A stretch of DNA of 32,000 nucleotides from Synechococcus sp. A15-28 (GTDB lineage: Bacteria; Cyanobacteriota; Cyanobacteriia; PCC-6307; Cyanobiaceae). This document shows positions 17,098 to 25,715 of this stretch, in pieces. Below the pieces are notes generated by a model. The model had not been told where the DNA came from and made no database searches. It was given only the letters and a program-made list of their open reading frames with translations. Positions within the stretch are counted from its first letter, which is position 1. Each line of letters opens with the position of its first letter. The position numbers were made by a program, and so were the translations under genes. The stretch is from contig NZ_CP047931.1 of NCBI RefSeq assembly GCF_014280175.1, positions 1,080,001 through 1,112,000 of the forward strand, in the 5' to 3' direction.

Positions 17098-19127
17098 TGA
17101 AAGCGCAGTTTCAGCTCGCCCTGGTCAGGGTCGACATGGACGACGGTCATCGTCAGCAGTTGCCCAGGCGAGGGATCAACGCCGTCGGCATGGCCCACCA
17201 GATCCATTGCTAGATCAGGAACATGCACCAAAGCCAACGAGTCCTGAGGGCGCAACCAGCGCAGAAACTGCACGGTCCACTCCTGGTCGCGATGCTGCTC
17301 AAGCCACACCTGTTGCCAGTGGCGCTGGTCCTCCCGACTGATCTGGATCGACTGCCGCAGGGGATCCTCCAACGTATCCAGCTGTTCCCGCAGCTGGGGT
17401 TCCGACAACCCAGGCTGCTGTTCCATCCAGGCAATCAATTGGCGATGGGCCAACAGGTCGGCGTAACGACGAATGGGTGAGGTGGCCTGCACGTAGGCCT
17501 CCAATCCGAGGCTGAAGTGCGGCATCGGTGTGGTGCCCTGAAGACCTCGGCTGAGACAGCGTTTCACTGCTGCATCACGGGCAGGGCCCTCCGGGATCTG
17601 CGCCAGCTCCTGCGCGGAGGGGAGCTCCGCTGGCGGCTGACTGCGGTAGGGGAGGGCCAAACCTTCTCGACGGCCGATCTCCGCCACAACGGCACCCATC
17701 AGCAGCATCGCCTCGCTCACCATCACCCGAGCCGGTGAGGGGTCGATCACCTGCAGTTCCGGACCATCCTCGCCGCGGCGGAAGCGTCCTTCCTGTCGAT
17801 CAAAGCTGATGGCACCACGGCTCAGCCGCCAATGGAGTCGTTGCTTCAGCAGGGACGACAGCTGGGCGAGGTCCTCATCGCCAGGGGGGGCCAGCTCAAT
17901 CAGCTCATCTCCGTCCTCGTAGGTCAGCCGATAACGGGGTTGCACCCAGGAGCGCTGACAGCGGCTGTCAAGGACCGCACCATCGACATCCAGCAGCACC
18001 CCGACACTCAGAGCCGGGCAGCGCTGGCCTGCCCGGAGGCTGAGGGCTTCGGTCGCCAGTTCCAGCGGCAGCATCGGCATCACACCGTCTGCCAGATAGA
18101 GGCTGGTGGCCCGTCGACGGGCCTCATGGTCGAGGGGGCTGTCCGGTTCGATCAGGCGCGCTGGATCAGCGATGTGGATCCAGATCCACGGACCACCATC
18201 GCCAGGTTCCAGGGCCATCCCATCGTCGATTTCCCGGGTTGCGGCGTCATCGAGGGTGTACACCCGCTGTGCGGTGAGATCCACGCGGGTGTCATCGCCG
18301 GCACAGATGTCCCCGGCGCGGGCCAGCAGTTGTTCGACGGTCTCCTGACCACCTTGAGCGAATGGACCGGACCAGGCACTGCCGCGCAGGGAGCTGGGTT
18401 GGTGTGGATCCAGCAGATCCCTTGCCACAAGCCAGGTCTTCAGGGCTCTTCGATCAGTGGGCAGCCCCAGCGACCGCAACAAACCAAGGGCAGGCTCCTC
18501 GTCCAGGGCGGTCTCTGGATCGTGATGGAGCTCAAGCAGCTGATCAAGGCGATCCGACCAGCTTGAATCAAGCAACTGTCGCCGCTGGGCGTTCAGCGGG
18601 AGCGGTTCCTGGAGGAGTGCCAACTGGCGAGCATCGTGCTCCTGTTGCAGGCGCTCCCGTCGCTGTTGCATCCGTTGTTGGCGAATCTCCTTCAATGGAC
18701 GTGCTTGAAGACTCCGATCCCGGCGCAGACGAAACCAGATCTGAGGGCCGTTCACCCAGCTCCAGACTGCAGCAAGAGCCGTGAGATCAGACTGTCCCAC
18801 TAGCAGATCGGTGAGATCGGCGAGGGAGATGCAGGGGAGGCTGTCATCGGTGGCATCACTCACCAGGAGCCACCAGGCTTCGGCACAGACCCGTGGTGCC
18901 AGAACAAGGGTCTGGAACTGCTTCGGAGTGGGCAGCACGGATCGACGGACGGTCTCGATCAGCTCGCCGCAGGAAACCAGCTCCCGGAGCGGAATCTCCT
19001 GATCGCGCCGTTGACCACCAAACGTCAAGACCGCCTTGCTGCCCTTGACGGACAGCAGGCGGCCGATGAGGGGCTGACCCTTAACCAGAACGCCGACGAT
19101 GTCGTCAGCGTGGAAATCGTTCGCCAA
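17094..19127 (-). CDS. RNB-family 3'-5' exoribonuclease (RNase II/R)
   Basis: RNB catalytic motifs REIDDGMALEP and ATSPIRRYADLLAHRQL, with OB-like N- and C-terminal regions. It lies immediately downstream of rpmG-rpsR on the same strand. TTG start at 19127. Confidence 0.85.
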   Translation of the reverse strand: MANDFHADDIVGVLVKGQPLIGRLLSVKGSKAVLTFGGQRRDQEIPLRELVSCGELIETVRRSVLPTPKQFQTLVLAPRVCAEAWWLLVSDATDDSLPCISLADLTDLLVGQSDLTALAAVWSWVNGPQIWFRLRRDRSLQARPLKEIRQQRMQQRRERLQQEHDARQLALLQEPLPLNAQRRQLLDSSWSDRLDQLLELHHDPETALDEEPALGLLRSLGLPTDRRALKTWLVARDLLDPHQPSSLRGSAWSGPFAQGGQETVEQLLARAGDICAGDDTRVDLTAQRVYTLDDAATREIDDGMALEPGDGGPWIWIHIADPARLIEPDSPLDHEARRRATSLYLADGVMPMLPLELATEALSLRAGQRCPALSVGVLLDVDGAVLDSRCQRSWVQPRYRLTYEDGDELIELAPPGDEDLAQLSSLLKQRLHWRLSRGAISFDRQEGRFRRGEDGPELQVIDPSPARVMVSEAMLLMGAVVAEIGRREGLALPYRSQPPAELPSAQELAQIPEGPARDAAVKRCLSRGLQGTTPMPHFSLGLEAYVQATSPIRRYADLLAHRQLIAWMEQQPGLSEPQLREQLDTLEDPLRQSIQISREDQRHWQQVWLEQHRDQEWTVQFLRWLRPQDSLALVHVPDLAMDLVGHADGVDPSPGQLLTMTVVHVDPDQGELKLRFH

Positions 19128-19138
19128 GGCTGATGCGA

Positions 19139-19360
19139 TCAGCCCTCGGGGTTCACGAAGGGCAGCAGAGCAACGATGCGAGCACGCTTCACAGCGTTGG
19201 TGAGATCACGCTGCTGTTTGGCAGTGAGGCCGGTGAGACGGCGAGGAAGGATCTTGCCCCGCTCGGTGATGAATTTCTTGAGCAGATCCACATCTTTGTA
19301 ATCGATGGGATCGCCGGGTTTGATCGGAGAAAGGCGCTTCTTGAAGAAGGAGCTGGACAT
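19139..19360 (-). CDS. rpsR: 30S ribosomal protein S18
   Basis: 73 aa. [50 protein letters not shown] is the S18 core. Confidence 0.95.
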
Positions 19361-19398
19361 GGGTCAGGAACGGTTGGAAGAGAATCGAAACTGCAAGA

Positions 19399-19593
19399 TC
19401 ACTTGATCTCCTTGTGGGGAGTCATCTTGTTGCAGTGGGGACAGAACTTCTTGATCTCCAGCCGTTCGGTGGTGTTCCGGCGGTTCTTCTCGGTCGTGTA
19501 GCGGGACACGCCGGGGGAACGCTTGGCGGGATTGGACCGGCATTCAGTGCACTCGAGAGTGATCACGATCCGGACGCCCTTGTTCTTGGCCAT
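19399..19593 (-). CDS. rpmG: 50S ribosomal protein L33
   Basis: From ATG 19593: [64 protein letters not shown], 64 aa with the CxxC..CxxC zinc ribbon. The track ORF is extended upstream to 19629. Confidence 0.95.
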   Translation of the reverse strand: MAKNKGVRIVITLECTECRSNPAKRSPGVSRYTTEKNRRNTTERLEIKKFCPHCNKMTPHKEIK

Positions 19594-19707
19594 AAAGGAC
19601 GTTGCGCCGCAGTGCGAAGCGATTGACAAACAAAGAGCTTACCTGTCGATGAAGCCAGGACGATTCATCCGCACTTCCTAAGATCACGCGCCGTCCACGC
19701 TGGCTTC

Positions 19708-22152
19708 ATGCGGGTCTCCTTCTCTTGGCTCAAGCAACTGGTTCAGCTGACGGGCTCTGTCGAAGAACTGGCCCACCGTCTGTCGATGGCGGGATTTGAG
19801 GAGGAGGAGATCGAGGATCTGAGCGCCCGGGCCAAGGGCGTGGTGGTGGGTCTGGTGAAGGAACGCGAGAAGCACCCCAATGCCGACAAGCTCAGCGTCT
19901 GTCAGGTGGATGTCGGTGCCGATGATCTGGTTCAGATCGTCTGCGGAGCCAAGAATGTCCGCGCTGGACTGCATGTGCCTGTGGCCATGGTGGGGGCGGT
20001 GTTGCCGGCCGTGAATCTCACCATCAAGGCAGGGGAATTGAGGGGAGTCAGCAGCAACGGCATGATCTGCTCCCTCTCGGAACTCGGGCTGGCGACGGAG
20101 TCCGATGGCATCGCAGAACTAGATGCCATCACCACAGACCTTCCCGCCCTCGGGAAACCGGTTGCTCCCATGCTCGGTCTGGATGACACCGTCCTGGAGC
20201 TGGCGATCACCGCCAACCGACCGGATGGTCTGTCGATGGTGGGCATCGCAAGGGAGGTGGCGGCCCTCACGGGGGCTGAGCTGACGCTGCCGGATCTGAC
20301 TCTGAACCCTGCCCATGAGGTTTTGCAGGCGACGGCCGCCAGTGCTGAGGCCATGCAGGCCGGCGGTTTATACGGGATTTCGCTGATCGAGGGCGTTGAC
20401 GGCTCGCTGGTCTCTCCGGCTTGGGTTCAGCAACGTCTGGAACGGGCCGGCATCAACCGTGTGAATGCCGTGGTGGACGTCACCAACGTGGTGATGTTGG
20501 AGCAGGGCCAGCCCCTGCATGCCTTCGATGCGGACGCACTGGAACAGCTCACCGGCAAGTCGGTGAGCGCCGCCAGTTTCGGGCTGCGGCAGGCCCGTGA
20601 GGGCGAAGCCTTCATCGGCCTAGATGACCGGGAGCTCAGCCTCGACCCCCGGGCACAGGTGGTGACCTGTCATGACCTCTCGATCGCTCTGGCTGGTGTG
20701 ATGGGCAGCAAGGCCTCGGGTATCACGGCCTCAACAACGCGAATCTGGCTGGAGTCCGCCATGTTCAGCCCTGCATCCGTTCGCACGACAGCCCGTTCCG
20801 TCGGTCTGCGGACGGATGCCAGCGCTCGTTTCGAGAAGGGCCTGCCCAGGGAGATGACCCTGGCCTGTTCGATCCGAGCGCTGGAGCTGCTGAAAGACCT
20901 GTTCCCGTGTGAAGCCAAAGGGCTCTGGGTCTGTGGTGACAGCGCTGGCGACGCCAGTGCGGTTCTGTTGCGCCGGGATGCTTTGCATCAGTTGCTCGGC
21001 CCCCTGGAAGGGGATGAGGGCAGCTCCGATCTTCCTGACGCTGTGATTGAGCAGTGCCTGACGGCCCTCGGTTGTGAGCTCAACGCCTGTGATGAGGGTT
21101 GGAATGTCACAGCCCCTCCCTCGCGACGCCTGGATCTGGCCCGGGAAATCGATCTGATCGAAGAAGTGGCCCGCCTCGTCGGCTTTGATCGCTTCGGTGC
21201 TCATCTGCCGGATCCGCTGTCGCCTGGCGCCCTCACTCCGGCGCAGCAGGCGGAACGAAGGCTTCGGACCTTGTTCTGCGGTGCTGGCCTTCAGGAAATA
21301 ACCACCCTTTCCCTGGTGGGTGCCAGCGACAGTGACCCTCGCATCGCCATCAGTAATCCGTTACTGGCGGAAACCAGTCACCTGCGCACCAACCTGTGGG
21401 AGGAACACCTGGATGTGTGTGTCCGCAACCTGAAGGCCTCCCAGTCGGGCTGCTGGATCTTCGAGCTGGGTACCACCTATGCCGGCAGTGCAGAAGCGGT
21501 GCAGGAATCACGGTGTCTCTCCGGCGTGATCTGCGGAGAGCAACGCCTGGAACGCTGGACCACCAGCGGCAAACCCTCACCTCCCGACTACTACACCGCT
21601 CGCGGACGACTGACGGAGGTGATGCGGGCACTGAAACTGGACCTGTCGGACCGACGCCTCACCGACGATCCGCGCCTGCACCCCGGCCGTGCTGCCACCC
21701 TCGTGCTGGAGGGTCGTCCCCTCGGCTGTTTTGGTCAGCTCCACCCGGAGTTGGCGGAATCCCGTGATCTACCGGAGGCCACCTATCTGTTTGAACTTGA
21801 TCTGACTCGCCTGGTGGAGGCGGCCACGCGGACCAACCGCTGGATTCCGGCCTTCAAGGCCTTCCCAACGGTGCCGGCCAGTGAACGGGATCTGGCGGTG
21901 GTCGTGGACCGCGCTGTCGCCGCATCCGATTTGATGCAGTCCATCCGCAAGGCGGGCAAACCGCTTCTGGAGGCGGTGACGCTGATCGATCGGTTTGAAG
22001 GGGAGCAACTGGGAGAGAACAAGGCCAGCCAGGCGTTCCGCCTGCGTTATCGACACAAGTCGGAGACACTCACCGATGAGCAAGTCCAACCGGTGCACGA
22101 CAAGGTCCGCCAGGCCCTCGCCAAGCAGCACGGGGCCGAGCTCAGGAGCTGA
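19708..22152 (+). CDS. pheT: Phenylalanine--tRNA ligase beta subunit
   Basis: 814 aa. The N-terminus MRVSFSWLKQLV.. and the tRNA-binding domain (HPNADKLSVCQVDVG), followed by B3/4, B5 and the C-terminal anticodon-binding-like domain (DRFEGEQLGENKASQAFRLRY), give the typical PheT layout. Confidence 0.95.
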   Translation: MRVSFSWLKQLVQLTGSVEELAHRLSMAGFEEEEIEDLSARAKGVVVGLVKEREKHPNADKLSVCQVDVGADDLVQIVCGAKNVRAGLHVPVAMVGAVLPAVNLTIKAGELRGVSSNGMICSLSELGLATESDGIAELDAITTDLPALGKPVAPMLGLDDTVLELAITANRPDGLSMVGIAREVAALTGAELTLPDLTLNPAHEVLQATAASAEAMQAGGLYGISLIEGVDGSLVSPAWVQQRLERAGINRVNAVVDVTNVVMLEQGQPLHAFDADALEQLTGKSVSAASFGLRQAREGEAFIGLDDRELSLDPRAQVVTCHDLSIALAGVMGSKASGITASTTRIWLESAMFSPASVRTTARSVGLRTDASARFEKGLPREMTLACSIRALELLKDLFPCEAKGLWVCGDSAGDASAVLLRRDALHQLLGPLEGDEGSSDLPDAVIEQCLTALGCELNACDEGWNVTAPPSRRLDLAREIDLIEEVARLVGFDRFGAHLPDPLSPGALTPAQQAERRLRTLFCGAGLQEITTLSLVGASDSDPRIAISNPLLAETSHLRTNLWEEHLDVCVRNLKASQSGCWIFELGTTYAGSAEAVQESRCLSGVICGEQRLERWTTSGKPSPPDYYTARGRLTEVMRALKLDLSDRRLTDDPRLHPGRAATLVLEGRPLGCFGQLHPELAESRDLPEATYLFELDLTRLVEAATRTNRWIPAFKAFPTVPASERDLAVVVDRAVAASDLMQSIRKAGKPLLEAVTLIDRFEGEQLGENKASQAFRLRYRHKSETLTDEQVQPVHDKVRQALAKQHGAELRS

Positions 22153-23539
22153 TACGCCGTAGAAAAGCCAGGTTTTCCAGATGGGTGGTCTGGGGAAAGA
22201 AATCCACGGGCTGCAGCTGATCCAACTGGTACGGGCCCTCTGGCTGGAGCAACCGTTTCAGATCCCTGGCCTGGGTGGCCATGTCACAACTGAGATAGGC
22301 CAGCAGGGGCGGTGGGTCCCTCAGGATCGCCGCCACCACAGTGGACTCAAGACCGCGTCGCGGTGGATCGACCACCAGGGCTGAACAACCCGGCAGGGTT
22401 TGCTTGAGCAGGTCGGCCACGTCGCCGGCCTCGAAGCGGGTCAGCGGGCCCAGACCGTTGACAGTGGCATTGCGATCGGCCTGCTCGATGGAGTCGGGAT
22501 TGATCTCAATGCCCACGACACGATGCCCGCGTGCCGCAAGCGGCAGGCTGATGGTGCCGATGCCGCAGTAGGCATCCACGATTGGCCCATGCTGCGCCGC
22601 CTGGTGCAGCCAATGCACCAGGCACTCCACGATGGCTTCGGCCTGGGGCGTGTTGATCTGGAAAAAGGTGGTGGTGCTGAGCTGCAGCTCAAGCCCGCAG
22701 AACTGCTCACGAATCGTGGGATCCCCCGCCAGAACAGTGGTGGTCGACCCAAGGATCTGGTTGGTGCGGCGGGGCTGCAGATTCAAGGTGACACCTTTGA
22801 CCTGATCCCAGCGTTGGATCCACTGCTGGGCCAGTCGTTTCAGTCCAGGGAGCGGGTGGCTACTGACGAGAGTGATCAACACCTCGCCGGTGTGATGACC
22901 CATCCGCAGTCCCAGGTGCCGAAGTCCCTGGGATTGGCTGAGATCGTGATCAGCCGCAAGGCCACTGCCATCCAGATCTCGCTTCAGGGGCTCGACCAGG
23001 GCATCCAGCCGTGGGTCCAGGACGGGGCAGCGGGACAGATTGACGATGCGGTGGCTGCCGCGGCGGAAGTAGCCCATGCGCAGACGGCCATCCTCCCCGC
23101 GGCGGAGGGGGATCAGCCCGCGGTTGCGATAGCCGAGACCACGCTGATCCGTCTGGACAGGAGCCTGGGGATGGTCGATCTCCCCGATCCGCAGCAGTGT
23201 CTGACGGAGCTGATCCTGCTTCCAGTCGCGCTGGGCAGTTTCCTCAAGGTGCTGCAGTGTGCAGCCACCACAGTCGTGGGCCAGGATGCAAGGAGGGCGG
23301 CGTCGTTCCGGTGAGCTGGTCAGACGTTCACTGATTCGACTCAGCCATCGGGACTTCTGCCGTTGTTGGAGCTGCACGCTGGCTCGCTCCCCGGGCAGCA
23401 GTCCTGGCACCACGACCACCCACCCCTGCCAACGGGCAAGGCCGTGGCCATCACGATCCAGATCGATGGCCTGCAGGTCCATGCGAAGACCAGGCCGTGG
23501 GCTGTTGGAATCAGCGTCTGCGCCGTTGGTCTCAGGCAT
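22142..23539 (-). CDS. rlmD: RumA/RlmD-type 23S rRNA (uracil-C5)-methyltransferase
   Basis: TRAM-like N-terminus, Fe-S Cys cluster CILAHDCGGCTLQHL, SAM-binding VDAYCGIGTISLPLA, and a catalytic region YLSCDMATQARDL. The exact rRNA or tRNA target is not determinable from sequence. Confidence 0.8.
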   Translation of the reverse strand: MPETNGADADSNSPRPGLRMDLQAIDLDRDGHGLARWQGWVVVVPGLLPGERASVQLQQRQKSRWLSRISERLTSSPERRRPPCILAHDCGGCTLQHLEETAQRDWKQDQLRQTLLRIGEIDHPQAPVQTDQRGLGYRNRGLIPLRRGEDGRLRMGYFRRGSHRIVNLSRCPVLDPRLDALVEPLKRDLDGSGLAADHDLSQSQGLRHLGLRMGHHTGEVLITLVSSHPLPGLKRLAQQWIQRWDQVKGVTLNLQPRRTNQILGSTTTVLAGDPTIREQFCGLELQLSTTTFFQINTPQAEAIVECLVHWLHQAAQHGPIVDAYCGIGTISLPLAARGHRVVGIEINPDSIEQADRNATVNGLGPLTRFEAGDVADLLKQTLPGCSALVVDPPRRGLESTVVAAILRDPPPLLAYLSCDMATQARDLKRLLQPEGPYQLDQLQPVDFFPQTTHLENLAFLRRISS

Positions 23540-23620
23540 TGCAATGGCGTAACACCAGGGTCGTCACCGGACGGTTGACCCACTTGAGACCACTAAACTC
23601 CACGAAGCCTGTTCAGTTCC

Positions 23621-24115
23621 ATGAGTGTTGTCCGGGATCTCATCCTTCAGGCCGATGAGGATCTGCGGTACCCGACCAGTGGTGAACTGCAAAGCATGGT
23701 TGCCTTCCTGGAGCAGGGCGCCATGCGCGTGTCCGTCGTCAAGGTGCTGACGGACAACGAAAAGAAGATCGTTGATGAATCCGCGAAGCAACTGTTCGGC
23801 CGCAAGCCCGAGTACGTGGCTCCGGGTGGCAACGCCTACGGGCAGAAACAACGTGCCCAGTGTCTGCGGGATTACAGCTGGTACCTGCGACTGGTCACCT
23901 ACGGGGTTCTGGCTGGCAGCACAGAAATGATCCAGGACATCGGTCTGGTGGGTGCCCGTGAGATGTACAACAGCCTTGGGGTCCCGATGCCCGGCATGGT
24001 GGAGGCCATGAAGACCATGAAGGTTGCCTCCCTGGCGTTGTTGTCCGATGCGCAGGTGAAGCTGGCAGCTCCCTACTTCGATTTCCTGATCCAGGGGATG
24101 CAGACCTCCACCTGA
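23621..24115 (+). CDS. apcD: Allophycocyanin alpha-B subunit (ApcD-like phycobiliprotein)
   Basis: 164 aa. The sequence runs MSVVRDLILQADEDLRYPTSGEL.., APGGNAYGQKQRAQCLRDYSWYLRLVTYGVLAG (bilin-binding Cys), ..REMYNSLGVP.PGMVEA. It matches ApcD in my memory rather than ApcA, and it is monocistronic as apcD usually is. Confidence 0.85.
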   Translation: MSVVRDLILQADEDLRYPTSGELQSMVAFLEQGAMRVSVVKVLTDNEKKIVDESAKQLFGRKPEYVAPGGNAYGQKQRAQCLRDYSWYLRLVTYGVLAGSTEMIQDIGLVGAREMYNSLGVPMPGMVEAMKTMKVASLALLSDAQVKLAAPYFDFLIQGMQTST

Positions 24116-24143
24116 TTCGTTCTTCTGTCTCAAGCAAGACTCG

Positions 24144-24176
24144 CCCCTGGTCGCATCATGCGTCCAGGGGTTTTTT
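24144..24176 (+). terminator. Rho-independent terminator of apcD
   Basis: CCCCTGG-T-CGCA-TCA-TGCG-T-CCAGGGG hairpin (24144-24170) immediately followed by TTTTTT (24171-24176), 29 nt after the apcD stop. Confidence 0.85.
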
Positions 24177-24704
24177 AATGCGACAGGTGTCTCGCTCGCT
24201 CGTTTTGATTGAGTCTCTTTTCAAGACGCAGCATGCGACTTACTAGAGATCAGCAACGATTGTCGCCGAGCGTTCCAGGATTTTCGGGAACAAAGCTTGC
24301 GTCACTGTGTCTACAGCAGGTACGCAGGACTGAGAATGCAGGCGTTCAAGGGGTTTTATCAGTTGTCCAGGCGGGCTGGACAGGACCGGGACATGCATTA
24401 GCTCGAACGGGGGCCGGGCAAAGCCTTAAAACAATGTTTTTTGCATCACGAGACATCGGCAGCAGACATTTGCGCAGCATGATCCATAAAAATGATCAGA
24501 ATTTAGATGTTAAAACTTACTCACCAGTCTCTTCTGCGACGCCTTTCGCGACTCATTTGTAGACCATTCTGAGACAGCCTGAAGCGGTGACTTCAAGGCG
24601 CGATCGCTGCCTGCGGGGTCGCGCGAAAAAAGTAGCCAAGTCTCAGAAATCTTGCCTTGGATTATTCATTGGTCTAGCTAAGAGTCTTAGATAAGACCTA
24701 TGAC

Positions 24705-25691
24705 TCAGGTTTGGCGGTATAGCTCGCGCAGCAGCCGATAGGCCTCGTTCAGCCGGCGCATGCTGTCCGTGGATCCTCCAGAGTCCGGATGGGCCTCGCG
24801 TGCCTGAGTTTTGTAAGCCTCTCGGATCGCCGCCAGTGTGACGGAGGCGCCGGCTTGTGTGGATAGGCCGAGCAGCTTCAACGCGCCGTGCACGGTCATC
24901 GTGGATTCCAGCGTTTCGAACGAGGTGACCTGGCGGCTGCGGCGGAACCGATTCACAAATCGCCTCACCAGGGTTGGCATCCGTTCCGAGAGACCCGCCG
25001 TTGCAAATGGGTCCTCCAGGGCACCGGCCACAACCATCACGCGTCCGAGGGATGGAGCTGCTGCGGTCCACTCAGGGCAGAGCTCCTCCATCGCTGCATT
25101 CGCAGCAGACCAGGTGAAAGCGCGGCCTTCACTGGCATCCAGGTTGCTCCAAAGATCCCTGGCCAGCCAGAGCATGGCTGCTTCCACCACGGTCTCTCCT
25201 GGGGCCTGGCCATACAGGGATGACCAGTGGTCGTCGGCTGCCTGGGCAGCGGCTTGCAGATCCTGGAGCGCAACAGAGGCGAGCAATGGGGCGTCTCCGG
25301 ATGATCTGGATTGCTTCGGCGCTTGAAGCGTGTCTCGGAGCTGACTGGTCCGCCGGCTCACGAAGCCGGGAAGATCGATCCCGCCTGTATTGGACGAAGA
25401 AGCAGGAGCTGCAGGCTGCGGTTGATGACGCTCCGTGGGGGATTCGATCAACACCAGGCTGGTGACATCGGTGCTGACCTCGTCTTCAGCCGCACCCACC
25501 TGCTCATCGCTGCCGTCGAGGGACCCCGACTCGCTCTGGTCCACGTCACCCAGGATTCCATCAAGCAGTATCTCCAGCACCTGCCCTCTGGATCGAACGC
25601 CATATTCCCGTTTCAACTGGTCGATCAACGAGACCTGGCGACTCGGAAGCTTGAGCGTGATGGATTTCGACCTGGATTCCTCGTCGGGCAA
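24705..25691 (-). CDS. Ribbon-helix-helix (CopG-like) N-terminus plus C-terminal J-domain protein
   Basis: 328 aa. Residues ~9-47, KSITLKLPSRQVSLIDQLKREYGVRSRGQVLEILLDGIL, fit the beta-strand/helix/helix RHH pattern. The last ~60 aa, ALKLLGLS....IREAYKTQAREAHPDSGG..MRRLNEAYRLLRELY, form a J-domain with the HPD tripeptide. The middle part is not recognised. Confidence 0.75.
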   Translation of the reverse strand: MPDEESRSKSITLKLPSRQVSLIDQLKREYGVRSRGQVLEILLDGILGDVDQSESGSLDGSDEQVGAAEDEVSTDVTSLVLIESPTERHQPQPAAPASSSNTGGIDLPGFVSRRTSQLRDTLQAPKQSRSSGDAPLLASVALQDLQAAAQAADDHWSSLYGQAPGETVVEAAMLWLARDLWSNLDASEGRAFTWSAANAAMEELCPEWTAAAPSLGRVMVVAGALEDPFATAGLSERMPTLVRRFVNRFRRSRQVTSFETLESTMTVHGALKLLGLSTQAGASVTLAAIREAYKTQAREAHPDSGGSTDSMRRLNEAYRLLRELYRQT

Positions 25692-25715
25692 ACGATCAAC
25701 CTTGCTGCCGGAAGG

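Noticed and set aside
23574-23598. TTGACC ... TAAACT as the apcD promoter
   Set aside because: The spacing between the two hexamers is only 13 nt, too short for a sigma-70 -35/-10 pair. No better pair was found by eye, so no promoter is reported.
24515-24530. ACTTACTCACCAG as a possible Yfr1-type sRNA core
   Set aside because: It only loosely resembles the Yfr1 motif as I remember it (ACUCCUCACAC), and it lacks the two flanking GC stem-loops.
24209-24562. 117-aa TTG-initiated ORF in the apcD-downstream spacer
   Set aside because: It has a non-ATG start and no RBS, lies in an AT-rich region without the genome's G/C third-position bias, and its sequence has no motifs. I kept the region as a finding but not this ORF as a CDS.
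24598-24631. GC hairpin (GCGCGATC..GGTCGCGC) followed by A6 as a terminator
   Set aside because: On the plus strand the stem is followed by A's, not U's. On the minus strand the U-run precedes the stem. Neither orientation fits an intrinsic terminator. It contains a HIP1 (GCGATCGC) site, which is common in cyanobacteria.
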